A DNA stretch of 64,000 bases, taken from the NCBI RefSeq assembly GCF_009914755.1, contig NC_060927.1, one strand, 5' to 3'. Positions 29,706-43,909 of the stretch are shown piece after piece. The notes under the pieces were generated by a model. The model did not search any database, had not been told where the DNA came from, and saw only the letters and a program-made list of their open reading frames with translations. Source of the DNA: the human T2T-CHM13v2.0 reference genome, Homo sapiens. The stretch's first letter is position 1, and each line of letters starts with the position of its first letter. A program made the position numbers and the translations under genes.

Positions 29706-31365
29706 CATCACACAGGATCCTTCGGGTGTCACTTCACCAGCCAGAAACCTCTGGCCGGCGGCGCCTCTGCTTGAGTTTTGCTCGTGCCTTCTGGGCTTCT
29801 TCTGCCCACTTGGCCTGGATCAGGCAGCACCACCGGCCAGGATCCTCCCCTGCCAAGGGTGCGCCAGTCACGGAGCGGCGAGGGGTGTCTAAATGATTGA
29901 GCACAGGGTCCGGCCACTGTGCACAGCTAGGCATTCTGGCTGTTGCAGTGGGGTGGGCAGCTCCATGCACCAGCATAGGTGCTGGCTCCGTGCAAGGCTG
30001 TGGCTGGACCAGACATACCACAAGCTGTGGGTACCAGTGTCTGGATGAGGGGAACACAGTGGCGCCTGAAAGCTTGGAGATGCCAGGAACCACAGAGCCC
30101 CAAAGAGGGTGTTACAGCGTGTCACAGCCCTGGCTCCGGGAGCCCTGAGTTCTGGGCTCTCAGTAGGGCCACACCTCTTCTCTCCTCATTGCCTACAGTG
30201 CGCAGTGAGCGGGGGTGGGGGTGGGGGTCGTGTTTCAGCCTGTTTGTGTTACAGCTCTTTCAGTCATGCTTGCCTCTGGCTCCTGGGCTGGTCCAGCACC
30301 ACCACTGCTTCCTGTTGCATGAGGTGGCTGCCTAGTGCTGGCAGAGGGCGGGAGGGCTGTAGTGTTACAGCCCCTTTAGCTGCCGCCCACAGCTGGGCAA
30401 GCTGGCCAGGAAAGTGTTACAGCTCCTTTCGTTCCTGCTGTTTGGTGGGTCTCGAGTTTTTCTTCCACATCCAGGAAGAATGAAGTTACACGGGCAACTG
30501 GAGGGTGAGCAAGGCCGAGAGGAGCTTTATTGAGCAACAGGAACAGCTCTCAGTGGAGAGGAGACCCAAAGTGGTTAGCACCTATCCACAGACAGGTGAT
30601 GAGTCGCTGAGTCTGGGGGTTTTTATGGGCTCAGAAGGGAGGGCATGTGTGCTGATTGGTCCATGGGCGGCCACAGGCGGGCCTGGAAAAAGCACCATCC
30701 GATTATCCGAAAGGCATCAAGGAAGTTCTCACTCCCAGTAGCCGACTCCACCCAGAACTGGCAGCCTCGACCATAGGCTTCAGGCCCTCCCTGGCTTAAA
30801 GGTGGAGTTTCACCAGGGACCTGCCCCTTCCTGCCTAGGAAACTGTCTGCCTCCCACCACTATCAATATGCCATCCATGGCGCCCAGGCTGTCCGGCCCG
30901 AGGGGCACCTGCAGGCCCGCACTGAACTGCCCTCAGCCCCTTGGCCTCCTTCCCATGCTCGTTGGTGCCCAACGTCTGGAGGGAGTCCAGGCAGCAGGGG
31001 GCTGACATGTCAGTGCTGCCCTGAGCACACACACATCCGGCTGGCTCGCAACAGTGCCCAGGCTCAGCCACAACTGTTTTCCGACTGGAGTGGGTGCCAG
31101 GGACAGGGAGAGGCCAGCCAGGGAGTGGAAGCAGGCACTTCTGAGCCTGCGGGAGCGCAGGGATGCCTGGGTCCAGAGCTGCAGCTGGGTGGCTGCAGCT
31201 GTGCCCAGGGACGCAGGCTCCCACCCTGCCAACTTGGTAGGGCACAGGGTTCCCACCGGGATCACCTGTTCCCAGCCCCCGCCAGCTCCACGAAGCCGCC
31301 CCCCACTCCTCCATGCAGTTGGCATCTTTGCAGTGGCTGCTCCACGTGGGCTACCACTGCTATCA
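29706..31365 (-). mobile_element. MER52-family ERV1 solo LTR (~1.66 kb)
   Basis: Minus strand starts TGATAGCAGTGGTAGCCC and ends ...GGATCCTGTG. GC-rich; 4-bp TSD TTAT at 29702-29705 and 31366-31369. Confidence 0.85.
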
Positions 31366-31429
31366 TTATGATATGTTTTGATAAAACAGATCATTGGATT
31401 TTTCTTAAGAGTTCTGCATTTTTCCTTAA

Positions 31430-31742
31430 TTTTCTTTTTTTGTTTTCCTTTTTTCTTTTGAAATGGGGTCTGTTTCACTCAGGTTGGGGTGCAGTGGCAA
31501 AATCATAGTCCTGGGCCCACACAATCCTTCCGATCCTTCCACTTCAGCCTCCCAAGTATGCTGGGACTACAAGTGTGTGACATCATGTCTGGCTAATTTT
31601 TTATTTTTAAAACTTTTTTAGAGATGAGAATCTCACTTCTTTTTTTTTGCCCACGCTGTTCTCAAACTCCTGACATCAAGTAATCCTCCCTCCTCAGACT
31701 CCCGAGTGTCTGAGATTATAGGTGTGAGTCACCGTGCCTGGC
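31430..31742 (-). mobile_element. AluJ
   Basis: Diverged dimer. Confidence 0.85.
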
Positions 31743-31934
31743 AAAATCTGCACTTTTGTAGTATTTTGTTTTAGTTAAACTTTTCAGCCAAGTGCAAAAA
31801 AATGAAAAGATTTGCACATGAATATGCAAACAGGTATGACTGTTGAGAAGAATAAGCTAAGGTTTTAGGGAAGCAAATATTCTTTTTTCTGGCTCAAGTG
31901 AGAGAATTAGCTCAGCTTAGAAGTTACTTGCTTT

Positions 31935-31973
31935 TTGGATGTGTTACTTGGATGTGTTACTCGGATGTGTTAC
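31935..31973. repeat. 13-bp minisatellite x3
   Basis: ttggatgtgttac ttggatgtgttac tcggatgtgttac. Confidence 0.9.
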
Positions 31974-34900
31974 CCATACATAGAATCATTAAATCATTAT
32001 TTTTATACACATTCTTAGTGAGTTGAGATTTTGCTGCTGACACATTTGCAAAAGTTGGGATTGAAAATTAGAGTTTCTTGTTCAATGCTTTACTACTCTG
32101 CTGTTCCAGAAACCTTTAAGTTAAAGTAACAGATTAAAATATTTCATATGAAGAGAACTTTATGATTTCATATGACAATATACACACACTGAAAAACATA
32201 AAACTTTAAATATTTTAATGATTGCAAAGAGTATAACATAAAAATGACTCATAACATAAATGTAAAAACGTAGGTTTTTAAGCAGTGAGTACAGTGCTGA
32301 TTGGAATACTAAGGATTTCAATAACCTAGTGTAATTCAGGATGAAGAAACAGAAATCATGACCTTCTTCAGATTTGAACTTGGCGGGATCCTGTTTGCAG
32401 GCTCTGCCTGTCTCTGCAGTGGGTTGAGTTCCTCATTGGTCCACTGACCCTGGTGTAGGGAAGAGGTTGACTGGACTTATTTCTGAATTTGACTGTCAGT
32501 AGCCCAGGGTTATAATGATTTCCCACACCTTGGACATACAGAAAATGATAAAATATAATGTTTTTAGAACCTGATTTTGCAAAGGGGCATAGATAAGGTA
32601 GATTGTTAGAAGGACCCAAGGGGAATGGTTGGAAGGCATGTCATAGAAGGAGAAGATAAAGAAAGCCCAGATGATTTTTGCCTGTAGAAGAGGAGGGCTG
32701 ATGGGATTCAACTGCCTAAGTTTGTATCTAAATCTTGTTTTATGGAATTGAGGTTACATTTTGTTTGTATGGCTCTTAAGAACAGAATTCAGATTTCTGC
32801 CTTTGAAAAAGGGGAAACCCTTTACCAGTTAGGATTATTAAAAAATGGAATTTCTCTGCATTTTGAGATAGTAAACTCTACATTGAAGTATTCTGCTACT
32901 TGTTAGAAATTTTGTTCAAAACTTCAAGCATTAAATGGGGAATTGGTCTGGATGACTGTTAAGATCCCCAAGAGAATTCCAATTCTTTGATCTTAGCTGT
33001 CAATTAAAGATGTTTATAAATGTTTTATCAGCTGTTCTACCTACTTCCTTATTCTTAGATGTATACTATTTCATATTAAACGATCACCAGGGACCATTAA
33101 TCATATAAATAAACAGCAATAATTGCATAGACTGATTCTTCATAGAGTGCTTATTATCCTATATTATATAAAATCCTGTGATCATTTTGTTGTTGCCATG
33201 GAAGTAAAACAGTGGTTGCTTTATTATGACTAAAGCTGGGGGACTATTTTTAGCCAAATTATAGTCATCTTTGCCAGCTGAAGCATATTCAATTAAATAT
33301 CCATTAATAGGATAAAGTTTATGGAACTCTGTTAATGACTCTTTTTCCCTCTTTACTTTTAAACATTGTGATGAAATTAAAACTTAGCTAATTGGACTCA
33401 AGGTAACTACAAATGAGATGTGCTTCAAGGATCTTGAATGAGCCTGTTTTTTTCTACTTTCTATTTATTTTTTACCGCGTTCTTTCCAAGTCATTCTTCT
33501 GAACTGGTCCGTAGCACATCTGCATCAAAACCAGTGATCAGGGATGGCCTGAGGAAGTTGGGCTGCTTGTGGGGAGAAGCAGACTCTGAAGGCCTGGAAA
33601 TCTACATTTTCAAAAAGGCCTAGAAATTTTGACGTAGCACATTTGAGGATGATAGCAGGAAGAATTTAGAAATTGTCAGCTAACACCTGTTTTCTAGAAT
33701 CTGCAAGCACAGACCTACGTGACACCAGTACCACCACTACCACCCAGCATATTACTCTAGAAGGAAGCACAGAAATTATCAGGTTTCTTCTCTTTTACTT
33801 TGTATCATGAACAATTAAGTAACTTGCCCAGGGCCATACAGACTGAATCCCATATCTCCACTGAGCCATTTGGTTTTGATGGGGATGGACTGAAGAGAAG
33901 AACTTTAAAAAATACTATTGGAAAGCTGAAATGGACCAGTGACCAGCCTCTGGATTCCTGTGATTTGTATCAGTTACCGTTTTGAATATCATGCATATGC
34001 TATGGTCACAGATCTCTTAATGTATCACGAGGACAGTTGGAAAACAATTCAGTTGAGATTAATTGGGTACATGTATTTTCTGGTTGTGGCTTTTCTGCCT
34101 TGTTTGTAGTTTACACACCAATCCATGAAATTATTTCCTTCCTTTTTCTTTTTCTTCCATGTTAGGTATCTGTCTGGTTCCTCCCTTCTTTTTCAAAGAG
34201 AGGATCAGCTTTCTGCCCCAGATCCTTCTTTCTCCTTATCTGTTCTCCACTTGATTTTAGTAACATTTCTGTGCAGACAGCCTAACAGACCTGACCTCAG
34301 ATCTGTGGCCAGAAAATTTTTACTCAAATACTTTGACAGTGTTTTACTCATCTAAAAGTGAATGTGATCCCTAGACAAGTATGAGGCCAAAGGTGCGTCT
34401 CATTGGACCTCAGGCCATGTGAGCATACGCACATGGGAACATGGGGATTCTTTTACAGTTTAAGTCATGGGGAAGACAAGTCATAAACCACAGTGGTTTC
34501 TCAAAGGCAGTGATAGAGATAAGGTGATGAAGAAACTCCTATCTTCTCAGTATTCACAGTTTTGTCTGAGTAGGGATGTCTGGAAAAGGGAGGAGTATAA
34601 TCCTAAAGTTTTGCCTTGAAGGGATTTATGAGTTGCTCATATTTATATATCATGCATATCATTTGTTTGTGCTCATACTCTTGCTTAACCAGTGATAGTA
34701 CTATATGCAAAACTCCCCATTTTGATGTAGTCTTGTTTTTAGTGATTACCTGGTAATTTTGCCTTCTCCCCATTCTTACCTATCCTAATACGGCCTCGGT
34801 TTTTTAGCCTTTCCAGATTAGCAAACCCCAAAGGCTTAGTAGTTGTTTTGAGGAGCTAACTTTAAAATGTATCTGTTCTTGTTGCTTTTTCAGCTCAGGA

Positions 34901-35575
34901 TAAACAGCAGTGAATCAGTTAGGAGACCTTTCTGGTAGCCTGTTACCCCAAATGTAGACCCTTGATTTTGATTTGTCTCAGGCCCCCTTAGTAGTAGATG
35001 AAGGGTTGGTTTTTGAAAGTGAAATTGTAGCTTGTTTAGTAAAAATTGCTTGTTTCTGTGGAGGCAATGTGCCAAAATTAGAAGCATCTATGGTGCCGCG
35101 CCATAAAGCAGTCTGGTGCCTCTCAAACAATAACTTTGTCAGTTCATTTTTATGGCTGAGAAAATAGCAGTCTAGGTGACCAACTTTCCCACAATTGCTT
35201 GGGGGTGTTTACTGACTGCCCTTGATCAGACGCCAAACACTTCAGAGGTAAGAGAGCCTAACCTATTTGTAGTTGTTGTTTACCCTCAGCCCTTAGCCTG
35301 CCCTTTGTTTTTCACTTACAAACAAAAGAGTAAAATCAACAGGCTGGTCTGTAAGAACTCTCATTTACTTTCCGGACCCCTTCTGTGTGGTTTAGGTAAG
35401 GCAGAGACTGGAACTATATACATCAAACTAATCATCTCACAGCCCATTATTAGGTCCCAGCTGCCGGACAACTTAGAGGATTTTTATTAACAATCAAGAC
35501 ACTTTTGTAAAGTTAAGTTAATTTTTGGAGATTGCTGGTCCCTTCCAGCCTGACACTGAAGTGATGATGAGTGAG

Positions 35576-35759
35576 TGAGCAGCCTTCTAGATTGGCAAGA
35601 AAGTGGCATCAGGTAGATAAGCTATGACTCTGTTTTATGGAATATTTGGTTCATTTTTTTTTCCATTGAGCAGCCTTCTAGATTGGCAAGAAAGTGGCAT
35701 CAGGTAGATAAACTATGACTCTGTGTTTATGGAATATTTGGTTCATTTTTTTTTCCATT
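35576..35759. repeat. ~91-bp tandem duplication
   Basis: Two copies differing by one substitution and a 1-nt indel. Confidence 0.97.
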
Positions 35760-36447
35760 TCCATAATCACTTTTGATTTTCCTTAGTAGTTCTAGTCCAT
35801 ACATCCTGGACATTTCTCTCTTGCCTTTGGATTTTAAGTGCATGAGTTAAAAGAACTAAGCTAGTAAACCACGTTAGGATGTTGTCAATAAAATGCCCTT
35901 ACAGTGTTGTCAAAGACTTTGCTTTATGGCAGGCACTCTTGCAGGGGCAATGGAAGAGCCAACCCTGAGAGTAGTTAAAAGGGATCTTCTGTGGTTTGCT
36001 TTGTAAGCCTCACTAAAGCAACAATAATTGAAATCCCTGAAATATATTGAGTAATGATATGTTGGTAAAGCAATACATGATTATTACTTGTCATACAGCT
36101 TTCAGGTTGGTGATGTTTTTCATGTTCTTTCATTTGTAACAGATGAATAATGTAAAACAGAGCTTGTGAGGAGTACAATGACATTTTGTTGTCTGGTTAA
36201 TAATTTCAGCACTATTTGCAAAATTGCCCTGCCAGAGCATGACCTAGGAATTGTAAAGTGGAACACAAATAAAATAGGAAATGTGTATTTGCCCATGAGT
36301 TCTTCATGGACTTGTTATAAAAACACTTGTTTGCTGTCCTGTCTTTTGCTCACTTCTCTGTCCCCACTGGGAGAAGAGGGCCTTGTGGCCAGGCAAATGG
36401 GATGGAAGTGGGGGTACATGGAGGAAGAGTAGACAAGGTTTTATTCA

Positions 36448-36921
<474 letters not shown>

Positions 36922-37472
36922 TTAGTCTGCATTTTACCTCGGGGCATTTAAAATTTAAATAGCCTTGTTCTGATAAGCAGAATAGGGGGTAATTTTTTAC
37001 CCTCAACAAGTTTGTCTAGAGGATACCACTAGGAGTCATGCTCACCTGTTCCTATTCACCTCTCCTGGGAACTCCGTCTTGAGTTTGTTATTAGCTGAAA
37101 TGCTAATAGATCCTCTTCACGCTGTGTGAGAAAGTCCGAGGGCGTCTCGGATGCCCTTCATGTGCCAAAGAGAGAAAATGCTGGGATGGTTTGCTTTTAA
37201 AGGTTTTGAAATGAAGCACTCGATGCTCTGGTGATGCCTTTGTTTTAATTTTGCTGTTGATATTTGCAGGGACTTTACTTGTTAAATATCAGAAGCCTTT
37301 TCTCAGTATTATTGAGTTGCATTTGTATAATTCTTTAGGGCTTTAATGTTTACGGGGTCCTGGTTTAAGTATAAATAAGCCTATCTTTGGATTACCTGCC
37401 ATTCCAAACCTGACATTAAAGATCAAAACAAAGAAAGATGGGATCTTAGTATTCATTTAAATAAGTTTAACT

Positions 37473-37773
37473 GGCTGGGCACAGTAACTCGCACCTGTAA
37501 TCTCTGCCCTTTGGGAGGCTGAGGTGGGAGGATCGCTTGAGGCCAGGAGTTGAAGGCCAGCCTGAGCAACATTGTGAGACCACATCTCTACAAAAAAATA
37601 CAAAAACCAGCTGCACATGTAGTGGCTTGCCTGTAGTCCCAGCTACTCAGCTACTCAGGCTGTGGTGAGAGGATCGCTTGACCCCAGGAGGTTGAGGCTG
37701 CGTTGAGCTGTGATCATGCCATTGCACTGCAGCCTGGATGGCAGAGCGAGACCCTGTCTCAAAATAAATAAAT
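37473..37773 (+). mobile_element. AluJ
   Basis: TSD aaataagtttaa. Confidence 0.9.
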
Positions 37774-40700
37774 AAGTTTAAATGATAAGGTAATCCTGAA
37801 TGTTGTTTATTTGTAGCCTAAGTAAATTATGTTTCAAACTGGGGCAAGGTGATAAAGTTTAACTTGAAGAGCAGAGTCCTGAGACCCTGGGAGATTCAGC
37901 TTCACCGTCACTCTGGATGTATGGAACCCACTGTTTTTTGTTTTTCCAAAGATAATTTCTTGGACCTTTTCTCAGAGGTCTTCTACCTAACTCTTCAATT
38001 ATTTCTGTTGCTAGATCAGACTTTCACCAAATGCTCATGCTGCTTGAGTTGTCTGGGCTATATGCCTGACTCCATGCTGAGATACACAGAAACCTCAGGC
38101 CAAAAGCTGGGTCTCCCCGTCCCCCACATGGTTCTGTGCACCTGTGCATTACTCATTCCGCATGCCATTCTCTCCATAATTAAGAACAGAAATGCTTGTT
38201 CTCTTCAATGTCATTGTGTCCTTGGCATCCTGCACAAGGTCTGGCAGTTACGTTGGGTTCAACAAAAGTTTGTTGAACTGAACAAAGCAACAACCAAGGG
38301 TTCTAAAAACTGGAGTTGAAGGTTATATTACAAGCCTGTCTCCTGGTACCTGATGTCTTTGACAGTCTTAAAGCTTGCATTTCTGTAGCCCTGAATTTAA
38401 ATCAAGTTCTTTTTGAAACCATGTTAGGTCATCATGCCTGCTGTGAATGGATTCACCAACTTTCTGTACCATTCATTGCTAGTCACTGAATTTTGAATAT
38501 TCTTCCCCCACCCACTCTAAGGATAATTGTTATTGTCCAGCTCCAGAGTTCCTTGCCTCTAATGAAACAATTGCTGCTGCTTTATGCAGTAGTTTGTTGT
38601 TTATGTATGTGTTATAAAATCTTCTGTGTGACTTTCAATTCCTTACATCTTGCACAATGAATGTTGATTGAATTTAATAAAACATAAGCTAACAAAAGAA
38701 TAGCATTATGTATTTACACAATAAGTGTATAGGGTTTTTTTTTTAAAACCATTTAAGCCTAAAAACAACTTGATAAAGTAGCTAATTGGGTAGATACCTC
38801 AACTTCAATGAAATTGAGGAAAATTGGGATTTAAGAAGCTTGTCTTATGTGAGAATTAAACCCCGGTCTTTCTATTCCTGATGCCCTTAAAACAGCTAAG
38901 TAACAAAACAAGTTCAAAGAGGAATGTTTGAAAGAAAAGACTTGAATTTCAAATTGGCAAGACAGAATTGTTCACTAACGCTGGCCTTGTGATTTGAAAT
39001 GGCCAGGTGAGAAGATGGTGGCTACCCTTATTTAACAATTCTATCAGCAACTCAGTTTTGGTTCTTGGTAGTGATATACGTTAAGATTTTAGCAGGAAAA
39101 TTTAGTCATTGAGCAATTTGTTCTTTTGGTCACTTGCTCCTTTTAAAGACAATGACTGGGCCAGACTAGAAATTCTTGAAATAAAGCCAATGCCAGAGAA
39201 ACGGAGAAGATCGACTTTCAGGAAAAAAAAAAAAAAAAAAAAAAAAAGGGCTGGTCCTTTGATTTAGAGCTGTCTGAGGACATCCCGAAAGCTGGCACAC
39301 CTAACTTTCCAAGATTTCCTAGAAATTGGGGAAGCAGGACAGGTAATTTTGGGAGACACAGAGGACTAGGGTTGGGGGGAGTAGACAACTATGACAAAGC
39401 AGCCACCCTTACCTTGTTATTTTTATTTTCTTATTTTTTAATAACCATAATTAGGTTATCGTGAAGATACTACATTTTCAAGAGGAGGATATTCTTGCCA
39501 AGCTATAAGATGGAAAGATACTTTAGGAGAAAGAATGTGAAGAGTAAAAAAACTCACTTGCTCATCTAAGAAACTGTGTAACTCATTTGGCCTCTGTGGT
39601 GAATGATAACACTGTGTGAACCTCTTTGTTCACATGGTATTTTTCTTCTACTGGGGCAGTGTGAAAGTTGTTAAGATATTATTCATCGAGGCACAGTGCT
39701 AGGTACTTTATATGCATTACATCTTCCAGTCCTGCAACAACCCTTGAAATTAGCAGCTGTCATCCCTTTTGGTAGGCCAGTAAAGTGTTGATCAGAGAGT
39801 TTTAAGTAATTTGCCCCAAGGTCATGCTAGAATGTGATGGAGTCCAGGTGCAAACTCAAGCCTCTTTAGCGCCTTCCTGCCCTGTTTCCTCTCTGGCTGG
39901 ATGCCTTTGGGAAGAAGTAGTCACAGGTTGGAGAGACCAGTATGCCTTCCATCATTTTACCTGAGCCAGAGGAAGTGCCATCAGTACCTAGCTTCTGTGT
40001 GAAAATAACACCTTGAAAGAAGACGAGTTTGCCAGCAGCAGTTTAAGGAACAAGAGATCTTGCTTTCAAAGGAAAGTGAAATTAGAAAAACAAGAAGAAC
40101 AGAGTTCTTGTCCCTGTTGTTCCATCTCTTGCCTGCTCTTTCCTGGGCTGGTCAGCTTGCTTCTGGGCCTCAGTCTGTTTATTTGTAAAGCTGTGAGACT
40201 TCTACTATATCCTAAGGGCCTTTGACCTCCTCAGTTCTGCAATTACTAACGTTTCCACAAGATAGTAATCTTTTTAAATCTTGTAAAATTTAGACAGTGC
40301 CTGAAATGCCTTCTTGTGTTTATTTGTTTATATGTCTGTATCCCCATGCAGTTGCTTGTGGATAGACAATGCACCTCTTGGCCTTTGCATAGCACAGTGT
40401 CTAGAAATAGTGTCCTTACAAATATGAATGTATGTGGAATGAAAATGTGCTCTCAGAGATTTATATGCAGTTGCTGTTTTGTAGCTTGTTAGTAACCCCA
40501 GTTTTACTACCTTATCTTTCTTTGGTTATTTGCATAATTTTTCAATTCTTTTTTTGTTAAGGTGAAATGCATAAAACATAAAATTAACTCATTAAGTAAA
40601 TACACCTATTCACAATGTTATGCAACCACTACCTCTGTTTCCAAAACGTTTTTCATCACCCCAAAAAGCTGTACCCATTGAGCGGATGCTCCTCAGTCCT

Positions 40701-41059
40701 GCAAACCTTCCACCCACCCTCCTGCCTCAGCCTTTGGCAACCACCAATCTGAGTTCTGTTTCTGTAGATTTATTTATTCTGAATATTTCGTGTAAGTGGA
40801 ATCACACAATATGGGTGATCTTTTGGGTCTGATCCTAATGCTTTCAAGCTTTATCAGCATTGTAGCTTGTATTAGTGCTTCATTCCTTTTTATGGTGGAG
40901 TAGTATTCTATGGTTTGTACACATTTTATCCATCCTTCTCCTGATGGACATTTCAGCTCTTTCTATCTTTTGAGTATTGTGAACATGAACACATGTACAG
41001 GCTGCTGTGAACATGCCTGTAGATGTGTTTGTTTATGTGTTTGCAATTCTCTTGGATAT

Positions 41060-41105
41060 ATTACTTTCAATGGCAAAAAACACAGTTACTTTTGCACCAA
41101 CCTAA
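41060..41105. mobile_element. Half of a MADE1 (Hsmar1 MITE) nested in L1
   Basis: aatggcaaaaaacacagttacttttgcaccaacctaa+TA is one Hsmar1 TIR arm. Confidence 0.8.
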
Positions 41106-41899
41106 TACAAGTAAAAGTGGAATTGGTGGGTCATAAGGTAATTTTACATTTAACTTTGAGGAAGTGGTACAGTTTTCCACAGTTTCTGTTTACTTCCTAC
41201 CAGCAGTGTACAAGTTTCCAATTTCTCCACAACTTTGTCAACACTTGTTATTTTCTGTGTGTGTGTGTGTGTGTCTTTTAATAGCCATCCTAGTGTGTGT
41301 GAAGTGGTATCTCATCATGGTTTTGATTTGTATTTTCCTCATGACTGATGATGTTGAGCATCTTCTTATGTGTGTGCATGTGTTTGTGTGTTGGCTATTT
41401 ACATATTATCTTTGGAGAAATGTCTATTCAATTCCTTTAGCCATTTTTAAGTAGGGTTGTTTGTCTTTTTGTTGAGTTGTGAGAGTTCTTCATATATTCT
41501 GGATACAAGTCCCTTATCAAATATGATTTGTAAATATTTTTCCCATTCTATAGGATGTGTTTTCATTTTCCTAGTTATGTCTTTTGATGCACAAAAGTTT
41601 CTAATTTTGATGAAGTTCATTTTATCTGTCTTTTGTTGCTTGTACTTTTGGTGTCTATAGATCTGTTGCCAAATGCAGTGTCATGAAGATTTACTTCTGT
41701 TTTCTTCTAAGAGTTTTATTTTTTTTAAGCTTCTATAAGTAGGTCTATGATCCATTTTGAGTTGATTTTTGTATATGATATGAGATAGGGGTCCAAGTTC
41801 ATTCTTTTTGTCTATTTGGAGTCCCTGGAATTTTGATAGGATTACATTGACTCTAGATCACTTTGAGTATTATTGCTAGCTTAATAATAAATCTTCCAT

Positions 41900-42030
41900 G
41901 GCTGGGTGTGGTGGCTCATGCCTGTAATCCCAGTACTTTGGAGGCCGAGGAATATCACTTGAGCCCCAGGAGTTTGAGATCAGCCTGGGCAATATAGTGA
42001 GACTCTGGCTCTATTAAAAAAAAATAAATA
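41900..42030 (+). mobile_element. Alu left monomer (FLAM-like) nested in L1
   Basis: Monomer, A tail, TSD aataaatcttc. Confidence 0.85.
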
Positions 42031-42489
42031 AATCTTCTTTTTCATGCTACTATTTAGCAGTGTTTTGTAGTTTCAGTATATAGACCATTCACTCCATTGA
42101 TTAAATTTATCACCAGGTATTTTATTCTTTTGGATGCTGTTATGATTGGAATTGTTTTCTTAATTTTCTGATTGTTCATTCCTGGTGTGTAGAAACACAA
42201 TTGGCTTTTTTTGTGCAGATATTATACCTTGCAGGTTTACTGAATTAGTGTGCTAGCTCTAGTAATTTTTTTTGTGGGATCTTTGAGATTTTCTATACGT
42301 TGGGATATGTCATATGTGAGTAGATAAGTTTTACTTCTTCCAATTTGGATGCCTTTCTTTTTCTTGCCTAATTGTTCTGGCTAGAACTTCCAGTACAATG
42401 TTGAATCTCAGTGATGAAAGTGGACATCCTTGTCTAGTTCCTGATGTTGGTGGAAAGTCTGGTTCTTATAGTCTTCTGTCTCATGAAGT

Positions 42490-42679
42490 CAGAGCTTATC
42501 AAAGCATGGTCCCTAGACAGCAGCATCCATACCACCTGGGACCTTGTTAGAAATACTCATTCTTGGAGGTTCCCTCTGAACTTTCTGATTCTGACACTGT
42601 GCGAAGTGGGGCCTAGCAATTTGTATTTTAAGAAACGCTCTAGATGATGTGGATGCACACTGAAGTTGAAGAACCACTG
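42490..42679 (+). mobile_element. MER5A
   Basis: tcaaagcatggtccc...cagcagcatc...cttgttagaaat...gaagaaccactg. Confidence 0.75.
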
Positions 42680-43576
42680 CAGCAGAGTTCGAATTTCTTT
42701 AAAGTTAGCATCTGTGCTTTATTTTCTTTGTCTTCCTTTTAGTTCCCTTGTGGGATTAATCAGTGTTGAATAATTTAAAAAAAAAAAAGAATGTCAAGGC
42801 TAACCAAAGTGCCTACATTATCTCTTAGCTTGTGTAAGAGTCTTGAGTCACCATGAATGATTGCAGATTCATCATTAGACATTTATGAGATTCATCAGAA
42901 GACCTCACATTTTGTATGCAGTCTTAGACCCATTGCAAACAGCTTAAATGTACTTGTATTTAGACCATTTGTTCTGATAATTACTTTCACCATTATTATC
43001 TGTTTACCTACTAGCTGTGGCCTTATGGCTACTTCTGCCAGCAAGAATTTCTGTTCCTCAGCTATTTAAAAAGACTGAAGGGTCACTTTTATAGGATAAA
43101 TTAGATTTTATCACATCATTATTTCATCTTTGCCTTATTTTCATCTTGCTATGTTGTGATGTCAACTCCTTTACATCCTTTTTGAGCAAGATGATATTTA
43201 AATCAATTAGGAAAAAATGTGATCTATTGCAGCTAATGGCTATTGTTGAAAAATAGCCGTTTAGACACACAAGTACCAGTTTATAGACAAGCACAATAAT
43301 TCTATGAATTCATTATCAGATTATAGACAAGCACATGAATACTCAGATGATAAAAATACCATTTAAAAGTGCCTGAAATTATAGTATAATTGATTAGTTT
43401 ATAGCTGATCTTTTTCTAAGACTTGTTTAAATGATGATTTGTACCCTGGATTCCCAGTTTCCACCATTTCAGACTTCCAAACTTTATTTGTAATTCACCT
43501 AATCAGTCTGGTTCTGTCTGCTCCCAGAATGGGTGAATGTTGTGAAGATAGCATCTGAGATGTGTGAGCTCTAGGT

Positions 43577-43909
43577 CAGCAGTTCCCAACCTTTTTGGCA
43601 CCAGGGACCGTTTTTGTGGAAGACAATTTTTCCACGGATTGGGGGTGAGGGGGGCTGTTTCAGAATGAAACTGTTCCACCTCAGATCATCAGGCATTAGT
43701 TAGATTCTCATAAGGAGCACACAGCCTAGATCCCTCTTCACGATAGGGTTCGCTGCTGATTAGGAATCTAATGCCGCTGCCGATCTGACAGGAGGCAGAG
43801 CTCAGGCAGTAATGCTCGCTTGCCCACTGTTCATCTCCTGCTGTGCAGCCCATTTCCTAACTGGCCACAAACCAATAGTGGTCCGTGGCCTGGGGATTGG
43901 GCGCCCCTG
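43577..43909 (+). mobile_element. MER1B (hAT-Charlie), full length
   Basis: CAGCAGTTCCCAACCTTTTTGGCACCAGGGACC...GGGCGCCCCTG; 8-bp TSD ctctaggt / ctcttggg. Confidence 0.9.

Larger units (their letters stand above)
40545..42445 (-). mobile_element. L1MB-like 3'UTR and end of ORF2, with nested MADE1 and Alu monomer
   Basis: ggcaaccaccaatctg...gtgaagtggtatctcat...gatgttgagcatctt...gctagaacttccagtacaatgttgaat. Confidence 0.85.

Noticed and set aside
29729-31508. Cluster of overlapping 100-180 aa ORFs
   Set aside because: GC-rich MER52 LTR has few stop codons; no recognisable protein.
34870-34900. Other acceptor-like tracts (e.g. ~10953, ~34893, ~45511)
   Set aside because: No convincing donor or poly(A) partner; such sites are common in long introns.
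31935-35759. Direct repeats as a CRISPR-like array
   Set aside because: Head-to-tail with no spacers, in eukaryotic DNA.
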